Source of the DNA: Candidatus Stahliibacteriota bacterium
GTDB lineage: Bacteria > Hydrothermota > Tepidihabitantia > SM23-42
Length of the DNA stretch: 64,000 nucleotides
Reading direction: 5' to 3'
Assembly: GCA_030602565.1 (NCBI GenBank)
Contig: JAUVZL010000003.1
Location: 4,160 to 68,159, forward strand
Shown here: in pieces, positions 30,888 to 41,017 of the stretch
Layout of the letters: each line of letters begins with the position of its first letter
How positions within the stretch are numbered: position 1 is the first letter of the stretch
Notes under the pieces: model-generated
What the model was told of the DNA's origin: nothing
The model's database searches: none
Seen by the model: the letters and a program-made list of their open reading frames with translations, nothing else
Translations under genes and position numbers: made by a program

Positions 30888-31504
30888 TGTGCGGTGAGGA
30901 ATTCCAAATGGACCTTGAGATAATCATCAGCAAATTCCTTGGGAAGCGGCGGTAGCTTCTTAGCGAGAGTTACCGCGCGGATTGTAGTTTCGTTGTACAT
31001 GTTATCGCCGGAACTCTCTTCCAATCGTACATTATAAATCTTGCCTTTTTTATCAACTTCGAAATACACTGTACTATTCAGGACGATGTCCTTTCCTTTG
31101 TATGGGTTATGCCAGTTTTTGTTTATTTTATTTAAGAGGATATTCAAATAATATGAATAGGTAAAACCCCGACCACTGCCCGTGTAAATCTTGGGTTTGA
31201 TATCAGGCAGCCCTTTTTTTATTATCTTTTCGGATTTTTCTAGTTTCTTTTTTTCCGTCTTTACCGGGGATGATTTTTCTTTTGGTGGTGCCTTTTCCTT
31301 GGGTATTTCTTTCTTCTTTTCTTTCTCTATTTCCTCTTCTTGTACTGGTTCTTCAATGTTTAGTATCTTGGGCTGGGGTAAAGGAGCGATACTTACTTTG
31401 TAGACCTCAACCTTGGGGATGGGTTTGACGCTGCGGCTTGCTATTAGCAATACCGAAAAAAGCAAAACGTGTACGAAAGCGGAGATAAAATGAAATCGAT
31501 TCAT
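30884..31504 (-). CDS. tolA: TolA / TonB-family energy transducer
   Basis: TM helix, Lys/Glu/Pro-rich linker, C-terminal TonB-C-like domain; sits between tolR and tolB. Confidence 0.65.
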   Translation of the reverse strand: MNRFHFISAFVHVLLFSVLLIASRSVKPIPKVEVYKVSIAPLPQPKILNIEEPVQEEEIEKEKKKEIPKEKAPPKEKSSPVKTEKKKLEKSEKIIKKGLPDIKPKIYTGSGRGFTYSYYLNILLNKINKNWHNPYKGKDIVLNSTVYFEVDKKGKIYNVRLEESSGDNMYNETTIRAVTLAKKLPPLPKEFADDYLKVHLEFLTAQ

Positions 31505-31896
31505 TCCAGGGGTATTTCAGCTACTAATCCTAATTCCTTGACCCCCGCTTTTCTCATTCTGCCGACGATTTCTATCGCATAACCATAATCAACTTTCTTG
31601 TCCGCACGCAAATAGACGATAACGCCTGGTGGTTTACTCTCCAGACTTTTTTTCAGCACACTTTCAAAGTCTTCAATAGCAACTTTGTCATTGTCGATGT
31701 AAATCTCGCCGGTATTTTTTATTGAAACAGTAATTCCTTCTTCGTCATGTGGTAACGAAGCGTCGGTGCGCGGCAGGTTTACATCAATACCAGGTGTCAT
31801 CATGGGCGCGGTAATCATGAATATCACGAGCAAGGTGATGCTGACATCAGCCAGCGAGGTCATGTTTATTTCTGAAATCAACCCTTTAGTTTTCAC
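31501..31896 (-). CDS. tolR: TolR/ExbD
   Basis: 131 aa, single TM helix, ExbD fold; ATGA coupling. Confidence 0.8.
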   Translation of the reverse strand: MKTKGLISEINMTSLADVSITLLVIFMITAPMMTPGIDVNLPRTDASLPHDEEGITVSIKNTGEIYIDNDKVAIEDFESVLKKSLESKPPGVIVYLRADKKVDYGYAIEIVGRMRKAGVKELGLVAEIPLE

Positions 31897-32594
31897 CGCT
31901 GGAAAAGTAATTCTTTACGAAGCCTGGCAAATACTTCGTTAATAAACTGATCGAGCTCAGCACCGTAGCTGTTGACCCGCGTCCTGAAAATATTATAGAA
32001 GATCAAAGCAGGTATGGCAACAAGGAGTCCGTAAACAGTAGTAATCAATGCATCTGATATCCCTGGTGCAACGATAGTAATATGGGCTGAGCCGCGCAAT
32101 CGGATGTCCAGGAATGCTTGCATGACACCCCAAACAGTCCCCAGCAACCCAAGGAAAGGACTGACACTGACAAAGGTACTGAGTGTAGGTAGAGATCTCT
32201 CCAGTTCGGCAAGCTCACTAATCTTTGTGCGTTCCATTGCCAGACGAATATTATCAGAAAGCTCTTCCATTACTGAACCAGGTGAACTTTGAGGGTTTTG
32301 TTCTGGTGCCGTGAGTCTTTTTCCGACCTTTAACCTTTTGAATTCTTCTACACCATTTCTCAAGATTCTACCGTATGGATTGTCATTTAGCAAAGGACCC
32401 ATGTTTTCTAATTCTTTAGTATGTTGATGAAAACGATAAGTGGACATGAACCGTTTGCTCATCTTTTTGACCTTTGAAAAATCGAAGAGTTTCTTCAAGA
32501 ATATTGCCCAGGACCATATGGAAAATATGGCAAGTAATGCCATGATGATCTGGGCGGCAATGCTCGATTCCAGGAATGTCCTAAAGATATTCAT
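31893..32594 (-). CDS. tolQ: TolQ/ExbB
   Basis: MotA/TolQ/ExbB channel motifs (GLLGTVWGVMQAF; ISDALITTVYGLLVAIP). Confidence 0.85.
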   Translation of the reverse strand: MNIFRTFLESSIAAQIIMALLAIFSIWSWAIFLKKLFDFSKVKKMSKRFMSTYRFHQHTKELENMGPLLNDNPYGRILRNGVEEFKRLKVGKRLTAPEQNPQSSPGSVMEELSDNIRLAMERTKISELAELERSLPTLSTFVSVSPFLGLLGTVWGVMQAFLDIRLRGSAHITIVAPGISDALITTVYGLLVAIPALIFYNIFRTRVNSYGAELDQFINEVFARLRKELLFQR

Positions 32595-32597
32595 ACA

Positions 32598-33287
32598 TTA
32601 CTTCGTAATGTGGTCTTTGGCTAAGGCGGCTTCAGCAGAATTTGGGAAATCCTTTACTATTTGATTGTAGTAGTATTTTGCACTTTTTAAGTCGCCGGTC
32701 TCTTCATGGATGATCGCGATTTTATAAAGTGCGGTTGGTCGTTTATTACTGATTGGATACCGCTTAATCATTTCATTGAAGATGTCCACAGCACGTTGGC
32801 TTTTACCCATGGCAGTATAGGATTCGCCTATCCAGTACAGGGCATTATCAGACAGTGGAGAATCGGGCGATATCTTTAAGTAGTTTTCAAAACCACTTAT
32901 TGCTTCATTGTAATTGCCTTTTACATAATTGAGGTAAGATGATTCATAGATCATACGTGCTTCAGGGCTGATTTTTGAGATGTCTTCAGAATCAACTGGG
33001 GCACCGTGTTGCGGTCCAATCCGTTCATATATACGCGTCAATTGGGATTCCGTATCAGCGAGTCGCGAATTGAGTATTTCGATCTTATCGCTGAGTTCAT
33101 TAGACTTAGTGTAGAAATCAATACGTAAATGGTTTATTTCTTCATTCTGATACTCAAGCACGCTGTCGAATTTTACAGTATAGTATTTCAGGCTATCCAA
33201 CTGCCAGTTGAAATTATTGAATCTAGTGCGGTTAAAACAGCCGCAAATGACCAGACAGCATAGCAAGAAACTTAGTTTCTTGGGCAA
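32598..33287 (-). CDS. ybgF: YbgF/CpoB-like protein (lipoprotein signal, coiled coil, C-terminal TPR)
   Basis: Coiled-coil N-terminal half and TPR C-terminal half; position in the Tol-Pal operon. Confidence 0.65.
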   Translation of the reverse strand: MPKKLSFLLCCLVICGCFNRTRFNNFNWQLDSLKYYTVKFDSVLEYQNEEINHLRIDFYTKSNELSDKIEILNSRLADTESQLTRIYERIGPQHGAPVDSEDISKISPEARMIYESSYLNYVKGNYNEAISGFENYLKISPDSPLSDNALYWIGESYTAMGKSQRAVDIFNEMIKRYPISNKRPTALYKIAIIHEETGDLKSAKYYYNQIVKDFPNSAEAALAKDHITK

Positions 33288-33359
33288 CTTAAGATTCAGG
33301 GTTTTTAGTTTTACCCCGTTGGAATACCTCGCTTTTTATGGCGGGGTTTCCTACGGGGT

Positions 33360-33848
33360 TTATTCAACGACGAATTCGCAGCGCCGATTGCGTTCGAGGT
33401 TAGTTCGGTCCAGGGGTCTTTCTTCGCCGTAACTTACAGTGCTGAGTCGGTCCGGGGTAATCCCTAAGATTAATAGGTAGTCACGGGTAGCTTTGGCACG
33501 GCGTTCGCCTAATGCTAAGTTATACTCGGCAGTGCCTATTTCGCAGCAATGACCTTGGACAACTGTTCTTATTTCTGGATAAAGCTTAAGCATTTCTGAA
33601 TTCCCCTGGAGAACCTCTGCAGCATCAACGCGGATGTCTGATTTATCAAAATCAAAGAAGACAGTTCCTAATACGAATTCAGGTTTTGGTGGTTCTTCGG
33701 GAATTTCTTCGGGTATTTCTACTTCTTCAAACGGTATTTCTTCCTCGACCGGGATTTCTTCGACCGGTTGGACTACTTGTTTTTTTGCACAACCCAGGCA
33801 AAGCACGAGGATCAACAATGCTGGTATAGTTAGTTTAAAATAACGCAT
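33360..33848 (-). CDS. pal: Peptidoglycan-associated lipoprotein Pal (OmpA-family)
   Basis: Lipobox LGCAKK; OmpA-like domain (NLALGERRAKATRDYLLILGI). Confidence 0.85.
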   Translation of the reverse strand: MRYFKLTIPALLILVLCLGCAKKQVVQPVEEIPVEEEIPFEEVEIPEEIPEEPPKPEFVLGTVFFDFDKSDIRVDAAEVLQGNSEMLKLYPEIRTVVQGHCCEIGTAEYNLALGERRAKATRDYLLILGITPDRLSTVSYGEERPLDRTNLERNRRCEFVVE

Positions 33849-33880
33849 AATACCTCCATTTTTCTTAATTATAGTTATAA

Positions 33881-36800
33881 TTATAGTAATGTCAAGGATG
33901 GAGAAAATTTCTGTGAGTAGTTTCTTGCCTGGCTCACAAATGTTTCAAGGCGCATTGCCTCAACCGCATGTTCTAATCCATCGAGTGAGAGTACGAAAAG
34001 CGGGAAGTCTGGATATTCATCTTTTATTCCCTTATAAAGCGTAGTTACGATATTACCCGGCATGCACGTGAAGGGCATAACATTGACCACCCCAGAAAAA
34101 TTATCGTGGATGCATTCAATCGTCTTGCCGATAGTTAATATTGTCTCACCTTCAAATGAAGGGTGGACATATTTCTCGGCAAGGTTTAGCAAGGTAATGA
34201 TATCTGCTTCTGAATTCACCCCTAAAACCTTGTAGATTTTGTTCTGACGCCATTTCATGTATCGATCGAATAGCTTGGTAAAAATTAACCTTCGATACTG
34301 GTTAAACCACCGGCAGTTCATTACTCTCGTGAAATTCGTATAAAAGATCCATTCACCGATTGAAGGCATTGATACTTCGCAACCAAGTTCCTCAAGCTTT
34401 TCAATCAGATAATTGTTGCTGAATTTTTGGGACCGTACATATATTTCACCCGCGATGCCAATTTTTGGCTTGGAGTTGTTCCTATCTATTTTTACAGCAT
34501 CAAGCTTTTTGCGCACGCGTTTGAGAAACGGCAATACCGGCTTGCCGTGTTCTATCATATTACAAATTGTATCAAGGGCGTTGTCATAGACCTTGTCGGT
34601 TTCACCAGCTTTCTTTTCGTAGGGTCTAATCATACGTACTCTGGCTTCCAATCCGTCAACCACGCACATGCCATCCCAGGCCGAAATGAGAAATCTCAAG
34701 CCTATTGTTCCCAGGTCATCAAACAGACTGGGTCCTTGATTTGGAGCGTAGATCGGCACCTCAGACAAGCCCAAATCGTCGAGGATTATTCTATGGAGCT
34801 TATAGTACTGGCCGAAACGACACGGACCAGAACCCTGGGCCATGAAAAAAGCACTCTTTGCCGGGTCAAAATTTGGTTCATTAGCTTTCTTGACCATATC
34901 ACCAGCTGTGATAATAGCCGGGAGACATTCTTTTCCAGATGTAAATTGGCGACCAATGGTCACTGATTCTTCGTCAGGTGATGGTAATACCTTTGCATCA
35001 ATGCCGGCGTACCGCATTGCCGCAGCAAAAACCTTAGCCGTATCACACATATCAGGTACATATATAGTTCTATCCTTGCGGATTTCGCTTTTTGCCTTTA
35101 TCTTTCTTGATGTTCCTATATTTTTTGCGCCTTTGATGCTATCATAGAATGCTTCACATCTTGTGATGAATCCAGCATCACCTGAGTGCTCGTCGATTTC
35201 AATAAGGAGAAATGGTTTCTCACCGAGTTTTTCCTTGAAAAAACGCGTTAGAAAGGAATCAGGACCGCAAGCGAAATTAGAAAGATAGACAGCAAATAAA
35301 TTTTTGTTCTTGCTGATGGTTTCAGCGGCACCTAAGATACGTTGACCATAGTGCCAATACATATTGTAAAAATCTTCCTTAAGCGCTTGATAATCCATTG
35401 GTATGAAATCAATAGGTAGTGCATGTACACCGAGATCTCTGATTTTCTTGGGAATGTCCAAGTTCAACCCAAGGTCATAGCCATTATAGGGTCTTGAGCA
35501 AACGACAAAAGCAAGGTCTTTGATATTAGCTAATGCCTGTTGCCCTAAATCACTGATCTTTTCGCTTGTTTTTTGATAATGGATAGTTGCCTGCTTTATC
35601 GCATTTCTTACTTGTTTTGCAGTTTTACCAAATTGCTTACCGAATTCGATAAGCGATTCCTCAACACCAGATTTGCCGCGGTCAAAATAGACGCTCGGTG
35701 AAAGGACGCTGATTTTACTACCAAAGATTGCCCTTGCCATACAAGGGATAGTCTGCACATAGGGGCAGACAAAACATCGAGTAAATTTTTCATCCTTTTG
35801 TTGCATAGAAATGATGCTGGGCAGGAATACTTGATTGACCCCTTTGTTTAACAGATTACGAATATGCCCGAGCGCAACTTTTATTGGTAAACATGTATCG
35901 GCGACCGAGAGTTCAGCGCCGCTCTCAATGGTTTTGCGGTTTGTCGACTCTGAAAGAACTGGTTTGAAACCGAGCGTGGTGAGGAACCTGTAGAAAAAAG
36001 GAAAAAGCTCATAGAATCCAAGGCAGCGCGGCATACCGATCTCAATCCCTTCTATATTTTCTGTTTTAAAAAAAATCTCATTGCGCAGCCTAAAATAATC
36101 AGGTAACTTAGATCCTGTTTTCTTTTTTTCTTCATATCTTTCACAACGACCGCCATAAAATATCGGATTTTCGCCTTTGATAACGATCTTGTTTAGTTCA
36201 CATTCATTGCTACAATGCTTACATATAAATGATTCTGAAGTGTATTGCCGGGTACCAAGATCAAACCCCCGGAATTTTGTCTTTTCAAGGTTTGCTTCAC
36301 GGGCAAGCAGAGCAATGCCAATGGCACCGGTTATGTCATAGTTGGTCGGCACGGTGATTTTTTTCTTCAAGACCTGTTCAAAAGCTGAAACAACGGTTTT
36401 GTTCGCGGCAACACCACCCTGAAAGAATATTCTATTACCGATCCGTTTACCATTAACCACACGATTGATATAGTTAAAGACAATAGAGTAACCGAGTCCA
36501 GCAAGGAGGTTTTCTCGTTCTGTAGTATCACTTTGGTGATGGATCACCTCAGAGCCAATGAATACAGTACAGCGGTCGCCGAGATTTATCGGTGATTTCG
36601 CATTAAGCGCTATATCACCGAAATCTTCAAGTTCAATACCAAGCACTTCTGCCTGTTCTTCTAAGAAAGAACCTGTACCAGCGGCACAGACCTTATTCAT
36701 TTCAAAATCAACGATTGTCTTGTTGCGCAGGCTTATGTATTTTGAATCCTGTCCGCCGATTTCAAAGATCGTGTCAACTGTTGGATCTATTTCAATGGCA

Positions 36801-37963
36801 GCTCTTGCCTGCGCTGATATTTCGTTCTTTATAATGTCGGCGCCAATGAATTCACCGATCAAATAGCGACCAGAGCCAGTCGTACCAACACCGGCGATCT
36901 CGACTTTAGTGCCGATTTCTTTTGCCAGTTCTCTTAAACCCTGGAGTACAATATCAATGGGTCGTCCTTGTGTCCACATATATCTTCGGGCAAGGACATT
37001 GCCGTTATCGTCGATGAGAACCAGATTTGTCGATATCGAGCCTACATCAACACCAAGGTATGTTTTTGTCTTACGCGCGGGTGATGAGAATTCAGTTATG
37101 GGGTGCCATTTTTTATAGCCATCCAAGGGTGCCAACCGTTTGACAACCCGGGGCTGGGTGAGCCATTGTTCAAAAGCTTTAAGACCCTTGAATTTTTTTG
37201 TACCATCAGTTTTCCTTGTACTGAGCACCGCGCCGATTGCACCGATGCAATTGTAGTTTTTTGGGATAATAAGGTCACTTGGAGATATATCGAGGATTTC
37301 CTGGAATGCTCTGATCATCCCCTGATTTCCAGCCACACCACCGACAAATACAACGGGTTTTGATATCGGTTTGCCTTTTGCAATAACGCTCTTGAAATTG
37401 CGCGCCAGAGCAAAACAGAGTCCAGACATTAGATCCTCGGGTTTTGTACCTATCTGCTGGAGATGGATCATGTCGCTTTTTGCGAATACTGAACATCGAC
37501 CGGCAATCCTTGCCGGATTTTTTGAACGCAGAGCAACTTGACCAAAATCTTCAATATTAAAACATAGTCGGCGTGCTTGCTGGTCAAGAAAAATACCTGT
37601 GCCCGCTGCGCATATTGTATTTGAAGCGAAATCTTTAATTATTTTATTGCTTATATTTATCAACTTAGAATCTTCACCGCCGATTTCTATTATCGAACGT
37701 ATTTCAGGATGGAAATAGAGTACGCCTTGGGTTGTCGCTTCGACTTCATTGACATAGGCAGCACCGAGTATATTATGCAGATGTTTAGCACAACTGCCGG
37801 TCAGTACAAGCCGATCAACCTCAGTGAATGTTTTCAGAGTCTCGAAGAGTAGATTATACGGTTTGCCGTGATGTTTTATATATCTGGTTTTGATGAGTTT
37901 TTCATCAATGAATTCAGCAAGCTTCAGGCTTACTGACCCGATATCCATACCGTATTCGTGCAT
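33881..37963 (-). CDS. Fused CoA-substrate-specific enzyme activase (two BadF/BadG/BcrA/BcrD-type ATPase modules plus a DUF2229-like region), 1360 aa
   Basis: Duplicated acetate/sugar-kinase-fold ATPase motifs (ICAAGTGIFLDQQA, VCAAGTGSFLEEQA) and multiple Cys ligands. Confidence 0.7.
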   Translation of the reverse strand: MHEYGMDIGSVSLKLAEFIDEKLIKTRYIKHHGKPYNLLFETLKTFTEVDRLVLTGSCAKHLHNILGAAYVNEVEATTQGVLYFHPEIRSIIEIGGEDSKLINISNKIIKDFASNTICAAGTGIFLDQQARRLCFNIEDFGQVALRSKNPARIAGRCSVFAKSDMIHLQQIGTKPEDLMSGLCFALARNFKSVIAKGKPISKPVVFVGGVAGNQGMIRAFQEILDISPSDLIIPKNYNCIGAIGAVLSTRKTDGTKKFKGLKAFEQWLTQPRVVKRLAPLDGYKKWHPITEFSSPARKTKTYLGVDVGSISTNLVLIDDNGNVLARRYMWTQGRPIDIVLQGLRELAKEIGTKVEIAGVGTTGSGRYLIGEFIGADIIKNEISAQARAAIEIDPTVDTIFEIGGQDSKYISLRNKTIVDFEMNKVCAAGTGSFLEEQAEVLGIELEDFGDIALNAKSPINLGDRCTVFIGSEVIHHQSDTTERENLLAGLGYSIVFNYINRVVNGKRIGNRIFFQGGVAANKTVVSAFEQVLKKKITVPTNYDITGAIGIALLAREANLEKTKFRGFDLGTRQYTSESFICKHCSNECELNKIVIKGENPIFYGGRCERYEEKKKTGSKLPDYFRLRNEIFFKTENIEGIEIGMPRCLGFYELFPFFYRFLTTLGFKPVLSESTNRKTIESGAELSVADTCLPIKVALGHIRNLLNKGVNQVFLPSIISMQQKDEKFTRCFVCPYVQTIPCMARAIFGSKISVLSPSVYFDRGKSGVEESLIEFGKQFGKTAKQVRNAIKQATIHYQKTSEKISDLGQQALANIKDLAFVVCSRPYNGYDLGLNLDIPKKIRDLGVHALPIDFIPMDYQALKEDFYNMYWHYGQRILGAAETISKNKNLFAVYLSNFACGPDSFLTRFFKEKLGEKPFLLIEIDEHSGDAGFITRCEAFYDSIKGAKNIGTSRKIKAKSEIRKDRTIYVPDMCDTAKVFAAAMRYAGIDAKVLPSPDEESVTIGRQFTSGKECLPAIITAGDMVKKANEPNFDPAKSAFFMAQGSGPCRFGQYYKLHRIILDDLGLSEVPIYAPNQGPSLFDDLGTIGLRFLISAWDGMCVVDGLEARVRMIRPYEKKAGETDKVYDNALDTICNMIEHGKPVLPFLKRVRKKLDAVKIDRNNSKPKIGIAGEIYVRSQKFSNNYLIEKLEELGCEVSMPSIGEWIFYTNFTRVMNCRWFNQYRRLIFTKLFDRYMKWRQNKIYKVLGVNSEADIITLLNLAEKYVHPSFEGETILTIGKTIECIHDNFSGVVNVMPFTCMPGNIVTTLYKGIKDEYPDFPLFVLSLDGLEHAVEAMRLETFVSQARNYSQKFSPSLTLL

Positions 37964-38170
37964 TTGATTAACTATTGAACCCGAGTTTTATCCTAATAAT
38001 CATTAGTATCTTTTTCATAGAATCTCCAAGATGAGTATTATACTTTGATTTGAGGGAAAGTCAACCATTCCTCACTCGTTACTGCGAGCGTAAGCGCCTG
38101 CCCCATCAGTTAGTAAACATACGGGGAAGCAATTTCTGGTAATACTATAGTTATAGAGCTTGCGAGATAC

Positions 38171-38225
38171 CCCCTCACCCTCACCCTCTCCCCCTTATAG
38201 GGGGAGAGGAAAAAGGAGAGGGGGA
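38171..38225. repeat. GA/CT-rich hairpin repeat, copy 4 (CCCCTCACCCTCACCCTCTCCCCC-ttat-AGGGGGAGAGGAAAAAGGAGAGGGGG)
   Basis: Nearly identical to the copies at 41774 and 42454. Confidence 0.75.
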
Positions 38226-38253
38226 TGTATTGAATTGGGCGACTACATCCAAC

Positions 38254-38284
38254 AAAAAAGGCGGGCAAAGCCCGCCTTTTTTTA
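38254..38284. terminator. Bidirectional rho-independent terminator (A-run, GGCGGGC-aaa-GCCCGCC, T-run)
   Basis: Perfect 7-bp GC stem flanked by A7 and T8; directly downstream of the minus-strand lipoprotein gene. Confidence 0.8.
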
Positions 38285-38299
38285 TAAGCCGTTCGTAAA

Positions 38300-39091
38300 T
38301 TAATGTTCTAGAATACGCAGACCCTGAACTGGTTGGAAAGCAACTCGAACTTCAACTTCACCGGTTCCAGTATTGATGCTTTTTACCTCAACCATACCAA
38401 AGTAGTCGTCGCCAGTATACACACCATAAGCAGCACTTGTTGCTGTTACCTCTGTGTGATTGTAATAACCTGATGCAGGAAGAACTGTTACGTCATCAAA
38501 AGGATCCGGGAGAACCTCAGTAAAGCTGCATGAATTCCAGGTACCTGACATAGGCCATGTAACACCAGGATCAGTCTCAACAAGGTCTGGTGTGTAGAAT
38601 TCATAGGTACCAGCATAACCAGCAGCCCAATCTGAGAAATAGAAATCAATCAAAGCTGCATTAGTTGCATCTGCCATTGTGTATGTTGTCGCTGAACCAT
38701 CGGTTCTATCCCAACCCAGACCACTATTCCCTGTTGCATTAATTTCGGCAAGAGTGATATTGTCAGCAATGACCGGTGCTGTACTTTCGGTTGTGCTGGG
38801 GTCACTTTCGTCCTCATCAAGATATGCTGTTACATAATAAGTACCTGTTTCCTGTGGGTCAACATGTGTGTAGCCGGCAGTTGTAAGTGTACCTATTGCA
38901 GCCGTATTGAAATAGACGTAGTAACCATCTATTTCTTCTGTAACCACATCCCAGTCGAGAACAACATCAACTTCATTGGTTGCAGCAGCGATGGTAAAGT
39001 TGCCTGGCGCGACTAAGGTAACTTCGTCACCACAACCTACCATGACTAATAGAGCTGTAAAAGCAAGTGTTAAGCCTAATAGTTTCTTCAT
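38300..39091 (-). CDS. Acidic secreted lipoprotein (hypothetical)
   Basis: Lipobox MVGCGDE; Thr/Asp/Gly-rich composition. Confidence 0.5.
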   Translation of the reverse strand: MKKLLGLTLAFTALLVMVGCGDEVTLVAPGNFTIAAATNEVDVVLDWDVVTEEIDGYYVYFNTAAIGTLTTAGYTHVDPQETGTYYVTAYLDEDESDPSTTESTAPVIADNITLAEINATGNSGLGWDRTDGSATTYTMADATNAALIDFYFSDWAAGYAGTYEFYTPDLVETDPGVTWPMSGTWNSCSFTEVLPDPFDDVTVLPASGYYNHTEVTATSAAYGVYTGDDYFGMVEVKSINTGTGEVEVRVAFQPVQGLRILEH

Positions 39092-39100
39092 CTTTCCTCC

Positions 39101-39373
39101 TTACTTTACCTTTACTTTTGGTGGTTTGCTTGGTGCTGGTGGTTTGGGTACAGGAGCTGAGCCTTTATCAACTTTTGCTTTCAGAGCATTATAGTCTTCG
39201 ATTAGCTGGTCCAGGGACGCATGGACATTATCAAGATCAGTCTGCATGGTTTCGACCTGTGTTTTGAGCTCATCAAATGCCTCTTGAGAGACTCCACCCA
39301 TTCCTTCTGGCGGTTGACAACCGATCACCATTAATGCAACGACGGCAATCAGCAATATTGCCATTTTTCTCAT
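39101..39373 (-). CDS. Small Lpp-like lipoprotein: lipobox VIGC, coiled-coil core, Pro/Lys tail ending in a C-terminal Lys
   Basis: MRKMAILLIAVVALMVIGC...KPPKVKVK; strong AAGGAGGA RBS; the track ORF start at 39439 is too long. Confidence 0.6.
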   Translation of the reverse strand: MRKMAILLIAVVALMVIGCQPPEGMGGVSQEAFDELKTQVETMQTDLDNVHASLDQLIEDYNALKAKVDKGSAPVPKPPAPSKPPKVKVK

Positions 39374-39565
39374 TGTTTCCTCCTTATTTTCGTAGGGCGC
39401 CATGAATGGCGCGACTACAGTTCCATTATTTACGAACAAAGAATTGCAGCTTCACAATATCTTCATTCCTTATTTCAAAAAACATCTTCAAGATAACCTC
39501 GCCATCGCTCGGTTATCATGCTAATTCTCTCCTCTTGTTCACTCTTATAGGAGAGTATAAAAACG

Positions 39566-39639
<74 letters not shown>

Positions 39640-39814
39640 AGATAAGGTTGTGAATTATAGTCACTAATATAGATTTGTCAATAGTCAATATCGAGCTTTC
39701 TGAGGAACTCAGAAATCTTTGATTTCAGTGATTTTGGAAAGATTATCCCGGTCTATCATATTCAATATAGTGATATTGGAAGACCGAGGATCCCGCAAAG
39801 CGGAACAGCGATGG

Positions 39815-40576
39815 TCATTTATTAAGGGTTTTCTGATCGAGGTCATTGAAGCACATCTTCTTCATCTGGTCAAGCCATGTTTGTCGTGATTTTTCATTAG
39901 TTTTTTCTGCTGATTCCTGGGCATTATGAATTGAGCCAAGGTAGAAACGGTTGAAAAGAAGGCTAAAAACAAGGACTGCGTCAATATACTTTTTTTGCTT
40001 CACAGCATTATATATCAGGTATCCAGAGCCGAGATTCAGAAGAAAATCCTGGATACCGAGCCGAGCATTACCGGCATAAATTTCACCAGCTCCAGGGCAT
40101 ACTAAAGATAATAGCACAGCGGTTCGCAGCGATTTTTTTGGCATTTCAAGGTGGGTATTAATTTCGTCTACTATCACTGAATCTCCGATCGAGCCAAATA
40201 CATCACGGGCACTGTATAGTCTATTATCGAAAAGAAAGGTATAAGCCAATAATCTCTTTTCACCGGTTTGAATGAATAATCCACTTGCTTCATGGGCATA
40301 GCCTGAATCAAGATAACAGCAAGCGATATCGATTTTTAGCTCAGGAGCAAGGTCTGGTTTGTTCTGCAATATGTCATGGAATTCTCTTATACCTCGATAT
40401 TGATCTGAATGAAAAAGCGAAATTGCATATCTTATCCTTTTTTGCAGATTTGATTCCAATTCCGGATAGAAGAAAAAGGTTCTTTTATATTCTATATATG
40501 CAAGGTCATAATGGTGATGATTGTATAATGAATCGGCGAGAGCAAATTGGGTGAAGACAAGGAGTGTTATAAGCAT
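39815..40576 (-). CDS. Hypothetical membrane protein with a CPGAGEIYAGN motif (DUF5683-like?), paralog A
   Basis: Paralogous to 41018-41734; the shared upstream sequence ACAACGAGGGGACT is also duplicated. Confidence 0.4.
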   Translation of the reverse strand: MLITLLVFTQFALADSLYNHHHYDLAYIEYKRTFFFYPELESNLQKRIRYAISLFHSDQYRGIREFHDILQNKPDLAPELKIDIACCYLDSGYAHEASGLFIQTGEKRLLAYTFLFDNRLYSARDVFGSIGDSVIVDEINTHLEMPKKSLRTAVLLSLVCPGAGEIYAGNARLGIQDFLLNLGSGYLIYNAVKQKKYIDAVLVFSLLFNRFYLGSIHNAQESAEKTNEKSRQTWLDQMKKMCFNDLDQKTLNK

Positions 40577-40776
40577 TTAATACAAAAATGGGAAAAGCAA
40601 CGAGGGGACTGCCCGTATGTTTAGTGACTGACGTGGCAGGTATGACTGGATTGCCCGATCAAGTCGGGCAATGACAGGGAGGAGTGATCGGGCAATGACG
40701 CAGGTGTATGGATTAGGCACTGATTTCTCTATTGTCATTATCCAACTTGATTGGATAATCCAGAGGAGTAGTAAGT

Positions 40777-41001
40777 GGGGTCAAATCTCTACATTGAACA
40801 AGACAATTCAAATAATGTTGGTGCATGAGTTCCGGCTGATGCTTGTTCAATGTAGACAGGCTGACCGAGAATACCGGAATTTAGCCTTTAGGCTTTCACA
40901 AATAAACAAAAAGTCTTGAAATTTCATTGTTCTTTTTGCGCGAGACAAGTCTCGCTACTCCATTTTTTGAATTCTCGGTCAGCCTGTAGAGATTTGACCC
41001 C
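40777..41001. mobile_element. MITE-like element, copy 2 (GGGGTCAAATCTCTACA..AGGCTGACCGAGAAT / ATTCTCGGTCAGCCTGTAGAGATTTGACCCC)
   Basis: About-31-bp terminal inverted repeats matching copy 1; lies between the two paralogous genes. Confidence 0.55.
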
Positions 41002-41017
41002 AGACGGTACCCAAAAC

